This document shows, one piece after another, positions 50,999 to 60,279 of a stretch of 64,000 bases of DNA. Positions within the stretch are counted from its first letter, which is position 1; the number at the start of each line of letters is the position of its first letter. The stretch is from the NCBI GenBank assembly GCA_050010515.1, contig JBEKKX010000013.1, forward strand, positions 32,001 to 96,000, read 5' to 3'. The translations under genes and the position numbers were made by a program. This DNA comes from Candidatus Bathyarchaeia archaeon. GTDB taxonomy: Archaea; Thermoproteota; Bathyarchaeia; Bathyarchaeales; Bathycorpusculaceae. The notes under the pieces are model-generated. The model did not search any database and was not told the origin of the DNA. It saw only the letters and a list, made by a program, of their open reading frames with translations.

Positions 50999-51886
50999 TC
51001 AAAAAAGTTTATGCATGAACTTCCAGCTATGTCCAATTTCAAAACCGATCTTTCGCATCAATTTTACAGATGGAACGTTTGTTTCAAGAGTGAATAAACA
51101 CACAGAATCCATTCCTTTCTCAAATAGTGAATTCATTGCATGCACTGTGAGTGCGGACGCCAGATTCCTCCCCCGATACTCATGGAGCGTCGCTGCTGGA
51201 CCCAAATAACCTCTCTTTGCATTGAAGAATCTGTTATAGCCTACATCAGGTTTTGCGACAACAACTGAAACAAGTTTTCCATTACTCTCAGCAATATGAA
51301 TCCATTCTTCATCGAAAGGCGGGTTCTCTGTCTTCCACTTTTGAATGTCACCCGGCCTGATTCTTTCGTACTCAAATCCAGTGTTAACAAGTTGAACAAA
51401 CTCGTTCTCTTCCTCTGGCTTTAGGCTTCGCAGAAGTACGCCCTCAGGGATTTTAGGGATGGTTTTCAACCCTGCAAGTCTCATGTGCATATAATATAGT
51501 CCTCCATTCGGACAATACCCTCGTTGCATCCATTCTTCGATCTTTGGGCTTCCAGCGTTTACCGAGGTAAAAACCGCGCCTTTCTTTACATACTTCTCAG
51601 CTTCTTTGACAAGCATGTCCTCAACAAGTTTTGCATCTGCATTTTTGCAAACAACGAGCCATTCGATTTCTTCCCCCCAATGCCCATCATTGTACGCCGC
51701 TGACCCGATAATTCTGCCGTTGTCCTCAGCTATCAGAACCTCAAGCCTACGTTCTTGAATCCAAGAAAGAAGGTTGCCGTCACCATAGTGCATGTAGAGA
51801 AGTCTTTGTTCGTCATTTGGCTCTTTAAGCAGTTCAAAAAGGAATGGAAGATCGGATTCTTTAAAACTTCGAATCTTAGCGATCAT
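50999..51886 (-). CDS. Tandem GNAT acetyltransferase
   Basis: Two GNAT-like halves; EYRGRNLA and N..SVKLMRKIGF. Confidence 0.88.
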   Translation of the reverse strand: MIAKIRSFKESDLPFLFELLKEPNDEQRLLYMHYGDGNLLSWIQERRLEVLIAEDNGRIIGSAAYNDGHWGEEIEWLVVCKNADAKLVEDMLVKEAEKYVKKGAVFTSVNAGSPKIEEWMQRGYCPNGGLYYMHMRLAGLKTIPKIPEGVLLRSLKPEEENEFVQLVNTGFEYERIRPGDIQKWKTENPPFDEEWIHIAESNGKLVSVVVAKPDVGYNRFFNAKRGYLGPAATLHEYRGRNLASALTVHAMNSLFEKGMDSVCLFTLETNVPSVKLMRKIGFEIGHSWKFMHKLF

Positions 51887-52003
51887 GTTCTCTGATTAAA
51901 CAGCTTGAAACTAATTATTAGCTTTTATGACAGCGACACTCCGTTTATCAAAATTCAAAACTAATTTGGGTTTAAATCTCGGCGCACCAAGCTACCTATT
52001 TTT

Positions 52004-52072
52004 ATCAATCTATAACTTCAATTCATACCCGAGGGTTCAAACGCGGGCTCAAACCTATCCCCGCCCGACACA
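52004..52072 (+). repeat. tRNA-Arg 3'-end-derived repeat, copy B, with upstream extension
   Basis: ATCAATCTATAACTTCAATTCAT-ACCCGAGGGTTCAAACGCGGGCTCAAACCTATCCCCGCCCGACACA. Confidence 0.9.
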
Positions 52073-52099
52073 ACGTACTAACTTATGAGGAAATCGACC

Positions 52100-53083
52100 C
52101 TAAGGCGACGTGTCCCCTTTCACAATCGGACGACCATCCCTGTATGAACACTGAAGCCCATACTTCTTCACGCACTCTAAACAGAGAATGGGATCGCATA
52201 GGGTCGTGCTCAAGTATTTTTCGCCACCATCAGGAGCAATGGCAACTATCACGCCTTTTTCGATTTCCCTTGCTTTGGCTGCCGCAATGTGGAAAATGGC
52301 TCCTGAACTGGGGCCTACAAAAATTCCTTCCTGCAAGGTGAGAAGCCGAGAAGCTTCCTCAGCGTCCTTAGGGTTCACGTAACAGATTTCGTCGACCAAC
52401 GTTGGGTTCCAGATCGCTGGCACGTACTGGGTCTTCAGGTCCTTCAAGCCTTGAATCGCTGTGCCAGGCTCAGGCTGAATCCCAATAACCTTCACGGCGG
52501 GGTTGTGTTCCTTGAGCCGTTTCGAGACACCCATTAACGTGCCTGTGGTTCCGATGCCAGCCACGAAGTGAGTGACCTGCCCGTCGGTGTCTCGCCATAT
52601 CTCCTCACCCGTCGTTTGGTAATGTGCCATGATATTTGCTTTGTTTGCAAACTGGTTGGGCATGAAGTACTTGTCTGGGTTACGTTTGACTATTTCATGC
52701 GCTAAGTCTTCAGCTCCATCCATTCCCTTGGACCCTTCGCTGAGCAGAATCTTAGCCCCCAACGAAATTAGGATCTGGCGCCTCTCTAACGTCATGGTCT
52801 CAGGCATAACCAGCACCAAATCGTACCCCTTGGCACGGCAGACCAAAGCCAACCCGATGCCCGTGTTTCCACTTGTGGGTTCAATCACCGTTTTGCCGCC
52901 TGTCAACTGCCCCGATTTTTCAGCTTCCTCAATCATGTATTTGGCGATTCGATCCTTAACCGACCCGCCTGGGTTGCATTTCTCCAACTTGATGTACATC
53001 TGAACGTTAGGGTTAGGATTCAAGCGTCTTATCTCAACCATAGGAGTGTTGCCGATAAGTTCGAGCACATTTTTCGCATTCAT
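52100..53083 (-). CDS. PLP-dependent cysteine synthase family protein (CysK/CysM)
   Basis: IGNTP, NPGGSVKDR, EPTSGNTG, NQF and GIGTTGT; Cys-rich C-tail; start moved to ATG 53083. Confidence 0.92.
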   Translation of the reverse strand: MNAKNVLELIGNTPMVEIRRLNPNPNVQMYIKLEKCNPGGSVKDRIAKYMIEEAEKSGQLTGGKTVIEPTSGNTGIGLALVCRAKGYDLVLVMPETMTLERRQILISLGAKILLSEGSKGMDGAEDLAHEIVKRNPDKYFMPNQFANKANIMAHYQTTGEEIWRDTDGQVTHFVAGIGTTGTLMGVSKRLKEHNPAVKVIGIQPEPGTAIQGLKDLKTQYVPAIWNPTLVDEICYVNPKDAEEASRLLTLQEGIFVGPSSGAIFHIAAAKAREIEKGVIVAIAPDGGEKYLSTTLCDPILCLECVKKYGLQCSYRDGRPIVKGDTSP

Positions 53084-53198
53084 CTTTAAGCACCTAAAAG
53101 ACTGATAATAATAGTTTGCTACAGTACTATAAATTATGTGCGGACAAACTCTTCTTTCAACGGAGTACGTGAGCATCGACCTTGCTAAACTAAGGGCA

Positions 53199-53223
53199 AG
53201 GGTTCAAATCCCTCCCCGCCCGC
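53199..53223 (+). repeat. Exact 25-nt direct repeat of the tRNA-Arg 3' end (att-like)
   Basis: AGGGTTCAAATCCCTCCCCGCCCGC is identical to 33674-33698; downstream flank also similar. Confidence 0.92.
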
Positions 53224-53351
53224 TTTGCCCCTTTTGCCAATTGGAACTTGATTTTTGAATATTTAGGAAAATAAGGCTTAGAAATCGCGCGCGCTGCGCA
53301 CACAATCAAAACCAACGTTAGACTCTACATAGTCAATACACGCGTTAAAAA

Positions 53352-53699
53352 TCAGAAGAGTATTAGCAAGCCTTCTCTGCTTCCGTTGGGTTGAATCATG
53401 GCTTTCCGTTTGTTCAGAGGCTCGTCTGTTTCTATTTTTGTTCCCATTAGGGCTGGGATTGAGAATTCACGTGACACAATAGCCAGATGCGAGCCTACCC
53501 CACCAGTTTTGCAGACAATCCCTGCAAGCTTGGAAAGAATCGGTCCAAGAGTGGTCGTTCCTGCGTCTTCGACTATAACGATTTTCCCGTCAGCTCCTTC
53601 CTTCCAGAGATTAATCACATCCTGAATCGACGTGACCACCCGAAGCTCACCCTCGGCCGAAACATTCAGCGTAATCATTCCACTACCTATAACCTTCAT
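53352..53699 (-). CDS. Stand-alone PEP-utilising phospho-His swivel domain protein
   Basis: GIVCKTGGVGSHLAIVSREFSIPAL motif; 115 aa. Confidence 0.88.
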   Translation of the reverse strand: MKVIGSGMITLNVSAEGELRVVTSIQDVINLWKEGADGKIVIVEDAGTTTLGPILSKLAGIVCKTGGVGSHLAIVSREFSIPALMGTKIETDEPLNKRKAMIQPNGSREGLLILF

Positions 53700-53832
53700 G
53701 ACCTAGCCTTCAATTCAACATGGGTAGGCTACTTATAGCCAAAGTTGGATATTAGATTTACTTGAACAGCGCTGATGCCAAATCTTATTTACATCAAACC
53801 CGAATATCAGGTTCAGCGCAGAGGCAAAAGAT

Positions 53833-55011
53833 ATGAAGATTGCAGAAATCAACGAACTTATCACTCACCTGAGCAAGGTCTTCTCCAACATCGTTCTCGA
53901 AAGGAGCCTACTCGAGTCCAAATTGTTTCCCGTTAACGCTTACATAAGTCTCGGATTCTACCAGACCTACCACGAACTTTACGCTGTCATGAAACAAGTA
54001 TGGGACACGATCACCCCCGAAGAATTGGCTAAAAAAAGCAGAAGCCTACTCTCGCCCATACAAGCTCTCTCAATTTCCTACCTTTGGCTTTACTATTCGC
54101 TCGCTAGAATGGGCACAATCTACAACAAATGCGGAGGCGACCCCAGCAAAGAACATCTGGAAAAAAGAGAACAATGGAAATGGATGCTTGAAAAATGGTA
54201 CAGCCTGGCGACACACTACTTTGCCTCTGGCAAACCTACCGTGGCAGCTTCTAACAGGAAAATCATCGGTCTAAACGACGACTCAATCGCTTGGGTCAAA
54301 GACCACATACAACCAGTGACTCCTGAACAAACGAAGAAGGTAAGACGAATCATAGGCTCGGTTGACCTTTACTCTTTCATAGACGAATGCGAAGCAAGAG
54401 CCAAAATCGTGAACCACGGTCCCTATCCGCTTGGAAACGGAGAAAACCTCGTGCTCACGGAATACACAAACCTCTATGATGGACACGACAGATTGTGGCT
54501 TCCGTGGTCAGCAACCGAAGCTAAATTCCCTTCTTCAACCTTAGGTGTCGCCATGACACTCAAAGATGCAAAAACCACCTTCAACGACATCGGCACCATG
54601 ACGGTGGACCCCGGCGACTACTCCAAACTTGTAAAGGGCATCGCAGCATACAAAAAAGGCGGAGACCAAATAGTCTCAGTCGGACTGGATGAGCTATCCT
54701 CATACGCCGAAGCTGCAGACAACGCCCAAGCCGAACTCTACATGAAATTCGCCCAAATGGGCAGGTCGCAACTGCTCATCTCGGGCGCCACCGCTTACTG
54801 GAAGGGCTTCGCAAGGTACACAGACTCTATAGGAATCACAGAAAAAGTCTCATGGAACCTCTCTAAAACAGTTCTTGACGAATACCTGCCCATATTCATG
54901 AAAGCCAACGAGGACCCAGCCTTCTCAAGAATCAAAAGAAAAATCATAAAAATGAAAACCCTTCCATTTCTAAAAGAAAAAGACCCAATAATGTACCTCA
55001 TGCCCGAGTAA
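53833..55011 (+). CDS. Uncharacterised 392-aa soluble protein
   Basis: Long ORF divergent from the His-domain gene; no family recognised. Confidence 0.8.
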   Translation: MKIAEINELITHLSKVFSNIVLERSLLESKLFPVNAYISLGFYQTYHELYAVMKQVWDTITPEELAKKSRSLLSPIQALSISYLWLYYSLARMGTIYNKCGGDPSKEHLEKREQWKWMLEKWYSLATHYFASGKPTVAASNRKIIGLNDDSIAWVKDHIQPVTPEQTKKVRRIIGSVDLYSFIDECEARAKIVNHGPYPLGNGENLVLTEYTNLYDGHDRLWLPWSATEAKFPSSTLGVAMTLKDAKTTFNDIGTMTVDPGDYSKLVKGIAAYKKGGDQIVSVGLDELSSYAEAADNAQAELYMKFAQMGRSQLLISGATAYWKGFARYTDSIGITEKVSWNLSKTVLDEYLPIFMKANEDPAFSRIKRKIIKMKTLPFLKEKDPIMYLMPE

Positions 55012-55028
55012 CAAAAGCATCAGATAGG

Positions 55029-55934
55029 ATGATGAAAATGTCTAATTCGATCAAAGAAACCGACGACTACTTTCACACCGCAGAAAAGGAACTAGACTGG
55101 CGAGAAAGCTACTACTTCAACTTTGCAGATCCCGAAAACAAAACAGCTGGATTCACCACCATAGGGATTCTGCCCAACCAGAAGAAAGGAGAATTCATCC
55201 TAGCTCTATTTCACGAAGACAAACAAATGGTCTACTACAAGGAACAAACACCCATAAATGATCAATCATTGGGCCTTCTCTCAGATAGAACCCTGACCTA
55301 CAAGCTTGTCGAACCCATGAAGAAATGGGAAATCAATCTCGCCAGCGAAAACCTCAACGTGCACTTCCAGTGGAAAGCCCGATTTCCGCCGTTTGATTTT
55401 GGAAAGGGAAGCGGAACCTCTTGGAAAGCGCACTTTGAACAGTCAGGCACGGTCGAGGGAGAAGCAACACTCCCCGACGGAAGAAAAATCCGAATCAGAG
55501 GCTACGGTCAGCGCGACAAGAGCTGGGGGACTCGAGACTGGCACATAGAAAATTGGTTCGCATTCCACGCGCAGTTTCAAACATATGCCATCGGCTTACG
55601 AAAAGACACCGTAAACGGCTCTCCTCACATCTCAGGAGGGTTGTCCTCCGCGAAAAAACAGACGGCAGCCTCTCAAATAGACCTGCAAATAAACTACGAG
55701 AAAGACGACACGAAAACCCCAACCGGAGCCTCGACGACAATACACTACGCAGACGGAAAAGTCGACACGCTCGTTTCCAAACTGATTTCACCCAAGAGCT
55801 TCGTCAAGTTCTCAAGAAGCTTCCCAAAAGGAACCACAGAACTCTTCGAAGGAATGGCAATACACGAGTGTACCACTACGGGAGAAAAAGGAACCGGACT
55901 CATCGAATTCCTCTTCACGCACCCAAAGCCTTAG
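55029..55934 (+). CDS. AttH/CrtC/tocopherol-cyclase-like beta-rich protein (DUF7064/7065-like)
   Basis: WRESYYFNF, HFEQSG.V.G and GQRDKSWGTRDW motifs. Confidence 0.7.
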   Translation: MMKMSNSIKETDDYFHTAEKELDWRESYYFNFADPENKTAGFTTIGILPNQKKGEFILALFHEDKQMVYYKEQTPINDQSLGLLSDRTLTYKLVEPMKKWEINLASENLNVHFQWKARFPPFDFGKGSGTSWKAHFEQSGTVEGEATLPDGRKIRIRGYGQRDKSWGTRDWHIENWFAFHAQFQTYAIGLRKDTVNGSPHISGGLSSAKKQTAASQIDLQINYEKDDTKTPTGASTTIHYADGKVDTLVSKLISPKSFVKFSRSFPKGTTELFEGMAIHECTTTGEKGTGLIEFLFTHPKP

Positions 55935-56027
55935 TCCAGCAAGTAAACGTTGAACTTGTGCAAAGACATCGGCAAAACTAAAGCAATTTCAAATCGAAGA
56001 AGCCGAAATGTTCTGTTATATGTGCCC

Positions 56028-56291
56028 TCATGATACGGTTATGGCTTTCTGGGGACATGCTGTCACGCATTTTCCGCAGTGGGTGCACAGATCCAGCCAG
56101 ACCGCCGTTATTTGCCAGAATTGCGGATCATTGCGGTTTGCCTCTTTGGCTCCGAGGGTTTCGTGGCGAAGGAAAATCGCCGGATCACAAACCTTGAGGC
56201 AAACACTGCATTCTCGAGGGTCAATGCCACCAGTCGCATTTCCACATTTCGAATAATCAATTCGAATTCTCGTTTTCTTCATCATCAACAA
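56028..56291 (-). CDS. Small 4Fe-4S ferredoxin-like protein
   Basis: C...CSVCLKVC and CTHCGKCVTACP. Confidence 0.85.
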   Translation of the reverse strand: MLMMKKTRIRIDYSKCGNATGGIDPRECSVCLKVCDPAIFLRHETLGAKEANRNDPQFWQITAVWLDLCTHCGKCVTACPQKAITVS

Positions 56292-56300
56292 CTTGTCTCG

Positions 56301-57170
56301 CTAGTACATGTTGGCAATTCCCGGAACGCTTTCCCTGGGAATCAGCGTAATCGCGCCGAACTTACAACGATCTCTGCAAAGTCCGCAGCCGAAACATTTG
56401 TTTTGGTCAATTACTGTTCTACTCAACGTAGGCGAATACCTTAGTGCCCCAAATTGGCAATAGGAAACGCACGCCCTGCAACCTTGACAAAGGTCGGGGT
56501 TGACGTCGGCAACGTACTCTGCCTTATAGACGGCACCCAAGCCAAAGTCGGTTCGAAGCCTAAGACCTCCACACTGAGGGACCTCGCAAGAACAAATCGC
56601 GTTAACATAAGGGACAGGCTGGAACCAGACCGTTGCGATTCTTCCTTTCTTGTTCTGCTCCTCCAAAGCCGCAACAGCCTCTTCCCTACCCAACCTGAAC
56701 TTGGTTTTTTCAGGAATAAACCGGGGCAACTTCTCGATCACACCCGACAGGCAACCGAAGTTGATGCAGCACACATCCTTAACTCCCCTCTGCATCATCC
56801 TGCACATACAGTAGTTCTGAATTATAGGTTCAGCCGCCAAGTTCATCATGATAAGCTTGGCTTCTTCAATAGGAATTACCTGCCCAAAATGCCCGTCCGC
56901 TCTAACCGGATTCCGATTCTTGCTCTCAGAATGAATCATGCTTTCAGCCTTCCAACGCACTACGCGTCCGATAATTGGCATTTTAAGCTTGTAGCCCATC
57001 CCTATAGAAGAGAGACCCATGATCTTACGGATGTAGACTGTCTCAAAGTTTCTCCACTGCTCCTCAAGATAAGCTTCAAGATTCTGACTATCCGCAAGTT
57101 CATTGGAGTAGTTCTTAGCGTTAAGATACCACTTTCCACCTGCACCGTGTTTCATGCACCACTTACACAT
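56301..57170 (-). CDS. Fe-S protein with C-terminal 2x[4Fe-4S] ferredoxin domain
   Basis: MCKWC..HG, CMCR, ICSC....C, CQGCRACVSYC and CFGCGLCRDRC. Confidence 0.88.
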   Translation of the reverse strand: MCKWCMKHGAGGKWYLNAKNYSNELADSQNLEAYLEEQWRNFETVYIRKIMGLSSIGMGYKLKMPIIGRVVRWKAESMIHSESKNRNPVRADGHFGQVIPIEEAKLIMMNLAAEPIIQNYCMCRMMQRGVKDVCCINFGCLSGVIEKLPRFIPEKTKFRLGREEAVAALEEQNKKGRIATVWFQPVPYVNAICSCEVPQCGGLRLRTDFGLGAVYKAEYVADVNPDLCQGCRACVSYCQFGALRYSPTLSRTVIDQNKCFGCGLCRDRCKFGAITLIPRESVPGIANMY

Positions 57171-57300
57171 TGGAAAATCACTTAAGCCGCAAAGTCAATA
57201 GCTTAAGTTACACTCGTCTAGGTATTTAAAAATTAGGTAACGCCAAGACAGAGCGAAAACGAACGGAGGAAAAAGAACGAGAACAAAACTTAAGCCCAAC

Positions 57301-58275
57301 TTGAATTCTGAACCACTAAGTCACCAGCCCGGAGCCGACCGAGAATGGAACGAATCATACTACTTCGTTTTCTACTCAAAAGAACAAGAATTCGGCGGCA
57401 TTACAAGACTGGGTTTCAAACCGAACAAACAAGAGGGTATGACCTTTTTTCTTCTCTTCCTGCCCGACGGAACAGTTGCCATGCACCAGACCACAGAAAA
57501 AATAGGAAACTCCAGCTACCCCAAAGTACCAAGCGTTAACGGCATGCTACACCAAAGGAACGACAACGGCACATGGAACTACAATTTCAGCGGCAACATG
57601 ATGCTCCTTAAAAACCCACAAGACCTCCTTAAGATACGAGAAAAACCATCCTTGATATCTGGAATTCAGAAGGCCACAATGGACCTCACTTTCACACCCA
57701 TAAACAAAGTCTACGAATACAGCAGCCACATGACAACGGAGAGTCGCGAACTCGGAAAAAAAGCTGGCGACGCTCACTGGGAACAGATCGCCAAAGTGAA
57801 AGGTAAAGTTGTCCTGGGCAACCGATCATTCAACGTAATTAACGTTCTTGGACAGAGGGACCACACTCACGGCGTACGCGACTGGACTGGAATCGGAAGC
57901 TGGCTCTACTACGTTATCTGGTTTTCCGAACGACTGGCCGTAAACCCTGCAGCCCTAATTTCTGACGAAGGAAAAGTATCCACAGGAGGGTTCATTTTCA
58001 AAAACGGAAGGAACATTCCAATTACGAAAATTCGTGTCCTGGACCAGCAGTTCAGCGACGACATCTTCCCCGTCAACTCAAAACTGGAGCTTGTCGATGA
58101 AGACGGCCACACTCATGTACTGAAAGGAAAAGCAGGACCAGCAGTTCCGATCCCCTTCAGCGACGAAAAAGGACGAACTTCCATTCTTACACAGTCTTTC
58201 GGAACTTTCGAAATGGACGGTCTGTCTGGTGGTTACGGAACATTTGAAACATTACGGGCAAACCGCGCATCCTAG
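57301..58275 (+). CDS. Second AttH/CrtC-like protein, paralogous to 55029-55934
   Basis: WNESYYFVF, HWEQ..KV.G and GQRDHTHGVRDW motifs. Confidence 0.7.
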   Translation: MNSEPLSHQPGADREWNESYYFVFYSKEQEFGGITRLGFKPNKQEGMTFFLLFLPDGTVAMHQTTEKIGNSSYPKVPSVNGMLHQRNDNGTWNYNFSGNMMLLKNPQDLLKIREKPSLISGIQKATMDLTFTPINKVYEYSSHMTTESRELGKKAGDAHWEQIAKVKGKVVLGNRSFNVINVLGQRDHTHGVRDWTGIGSWLYYVIWFSERLAVNPAALISDEGKVSTGGFIFKNGRNIPITKIRVLDQQFSDDIFPVNSKLELVDEDGHTHVLKGKAGPAVPIPFSDEKGRTSILTQSFGTFEMDGLSGGYGTFETLRANRAS

Positions 58276-58370
58276 ACCGTGTATTTGCGCGATTTTCACT
58301 TAGGCTTAAATACGAAGCGCCTCAAACGTAATACCCTACCCGTGTTGCCAAGCAAAGAGGAGAAACAACA

Positions 58371-60101
58371 ATGGACAGCTCTAACAGCTCTGAGAAAGAA
58401 GTTATATGGACAAGAGGCTATTCAGACGACTACTGGAATGACCCTGTTTCCCCCCTGTTTTTCGAGCTGCTCGGGGACCAACTAACCCAAATTGTTAACA
58501 CTGAACTCAATGGAATTATGGGATATTCCCGCCTGGGCTCGGGAGAAACTGATAAGCTCCTGAGGCTGTATCATGGTCACGCATACTTCAACCTTGAAGT
58601 TCTCAAACGGAAGGTTGAGTACGAGATCCCTCCATTCGTTCGCAACGACGACATCCTAAACTACTTCATGGAAGGCAGTGGACCATACGGCAAAAAAACC
58701 ATGAAAAATCAGCCTTTCAAACTGAACAAGAGAGTTTTGGCGGAAATCCGAGTGATGCTCTATGACGGTCAAGGCTCGATAACAAAAACAAACTCGGCAT
58801 ATGAAAAATGGACCAAAGAGAAATTTGACCCATTCTGGCAAAATTTCGATTCACGAATAGCAAAAATCAACTTGGAAGGCGACCAATCGGACCTCTTAGA
58901 ACTGGCTGGAGAGCTGGATCGGTTAATGATCGGGCACTTCCGTCTCGTACGGTACGGGATCCCGGTCCACAACATCGGGATGAATCTGATAGCGCAATAC
59001 CTTCTGGGACGCTTCATAGGCCAAGAAGCAACTGAGATCTACCCGCTTTTAATATCTGGTCTCGAGCACAAAACAAGCGAAATGAACGAGCGTCTCGTCA
59101 AGCTCGCCGGTATGATACGAACTTCAACCCCTACAAAATCGCTAATCCTAGAAACACCTTCAAATCGCCTTTTCACAGTTCTAATGGCAGATAATACTCC
59201 GCAGTCAGAAGAATTTAAGCAAGAATTGAAGTCGTTCTTACGCGATTTCGGAGTCAGAGGCTTCACCAGAGAACCATATTACCCGCGCTGGCACGAAGCT
59301 CCCGAATACGTTTTCGACATCTTGAAATCATTAATCCAGGATCAAATTCCAGTAAAAAAAGAACAGAAAATTGCACGAAAGCTACAAACAAGCAGGATTG
59401 AACACAGAATAAAGAAGCGGCCGCTAGGCTGGTTCAAATGGCAACTACTCTCAGTAATTCTTGGGTTCGCAAGAAAATACATAGTATTTCGCGAGAACCA
59501 GCGATACAACCTGGACCGATGGATCACCATGAACCGCAGAATCTACATGGATATCGGAAGGAACCTGCAAAAACACGGATTCTTGGAGGACCCTTCAGAC
59601 ATATTCTTTCTCCGAAAAAACGAAATACGAACCCTGATCTCCAGAAAAGGAATCGATGAAGACCAAACCAGAATCCGCCAGGCAGTTTCAAGCAGGAAAG
59701 CCGAGTTTCTTAAGTATGAACACGTGACTCCAGCCAAGTTCCTACAGGGATCTACGGAATTCAATGATCCAGAGAGAAACACCGGCTTCATCCTGCATGG
59801 GCTTCCCGCCAGCCAAGGCAGACTAACCGGAACCGTCCGAGTCCTAAACCGCGTTGAAGAAATTGGAGACGTGCATGCTGGCGAAATACTCGTCGTTCCT
59901 CGAACTGACCCCGGATGGACTCCTGTGTTCAGCAAAATAGGAGGCTTGATCACCGAAACCGGCGGAATCTTATCGCATGGCGCCGTAGTATCCAGAGAAT
60001 ACGGAATTCCCGCCGTTACAAACATCCAAAACGCTTGCCAACTGCTCCACAACGGCCAAACCGTAACGATTGACGGTTCAAAAGGTATCATCTCCATATA
60101 G
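58371..60101 (+). CDS. PEP-synthase/rifampicin-phosphotransferase-like protein (substrate-binding plus phospho-His domains, no ATP-grasp)
   Basis: WTRGY..DYW.DPVSPL, FL.DFG.RG, P.W.E.P, TDPGWTP.F and ETGGILSHGAVVSREYGIPAV. Confidence 0.88.
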   Translation: MDSSNSSEKEVIWTRGYSDDYWNDPVSPLFFELLGDQLTQIVNTELNGIMGYSRLGSGETDKLLRLYHGHAYFNLEVLKRKVEYEIPPFVRNDDILNYFMEGSGPYGKKTMKNQPFKLNKRVLAEIRVMLYDGQGSITKTNSAYEKWTKEKFDPFWQNFDSRIAKINLEGDQSDLLELAGELDRLMIGHFRLVRYGIPVHNIGMNLIAQYLLGRFIGQEATEIYPLLISGLEHKTSEMNERLVKLAGMIRTSTPTKSLILETPSNRLFTVLMADNTPQSEEFKQELKSFLRDFGVRGFTREPYYPRWHEAPEYVFDILKSLIQDQIPVKKEQKIARKLQTSRIEHRIKKRPLGWFKWQLLSVILGFARKYIVFRENQRYNLDRWITMNRRIYMDIGRNLQKHGFLEDPSDIFFLRKNEIRTLISRKGIDEDQTRIRQAVSSRKAEFLKYEHVTPAKFLQGSTEFNDPERNTGFILHGLPASQGRLTGTVRVLNRVEEIGDVHAGEILVVPRTDPGWTPVFSKIGGLITETGGILSHGAVVSREYGIPAVTNIQNACQLLHNGQTVTIDGSKGIISI

Positions 60102-60279
60102 CAACATCCGCAAATTCTGCAACGACCGATGATTTTTTCTTTCCAATCAAATACAGCACGTTGCGCGCGCTCTACAATGTTGACTGTAAATATGGATATT
60201 TAGTCTGTTTTTGTTCTCAAGCATTTGCTAAATATACAAAAAGTCCTTCACCTTGGCTATAAGCTAGCGCATTAGGTAA

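Noticed and set aside
52027-52072. Repeat as a split-tRNA 3' half or T-loop-intron tRNA
   Set aside because: No single excision restores a paired T stem, no clear bulge-helix-bulge, and no matching 5' half with a complementary leader in the window
35945-60170. Recurrent intergenic GCGCGC motifs (~35945, 40685, 53287, 60163)
   Set aside because: Too short, with no shared flanks visible; significance cannot be judged without genome-wide counts
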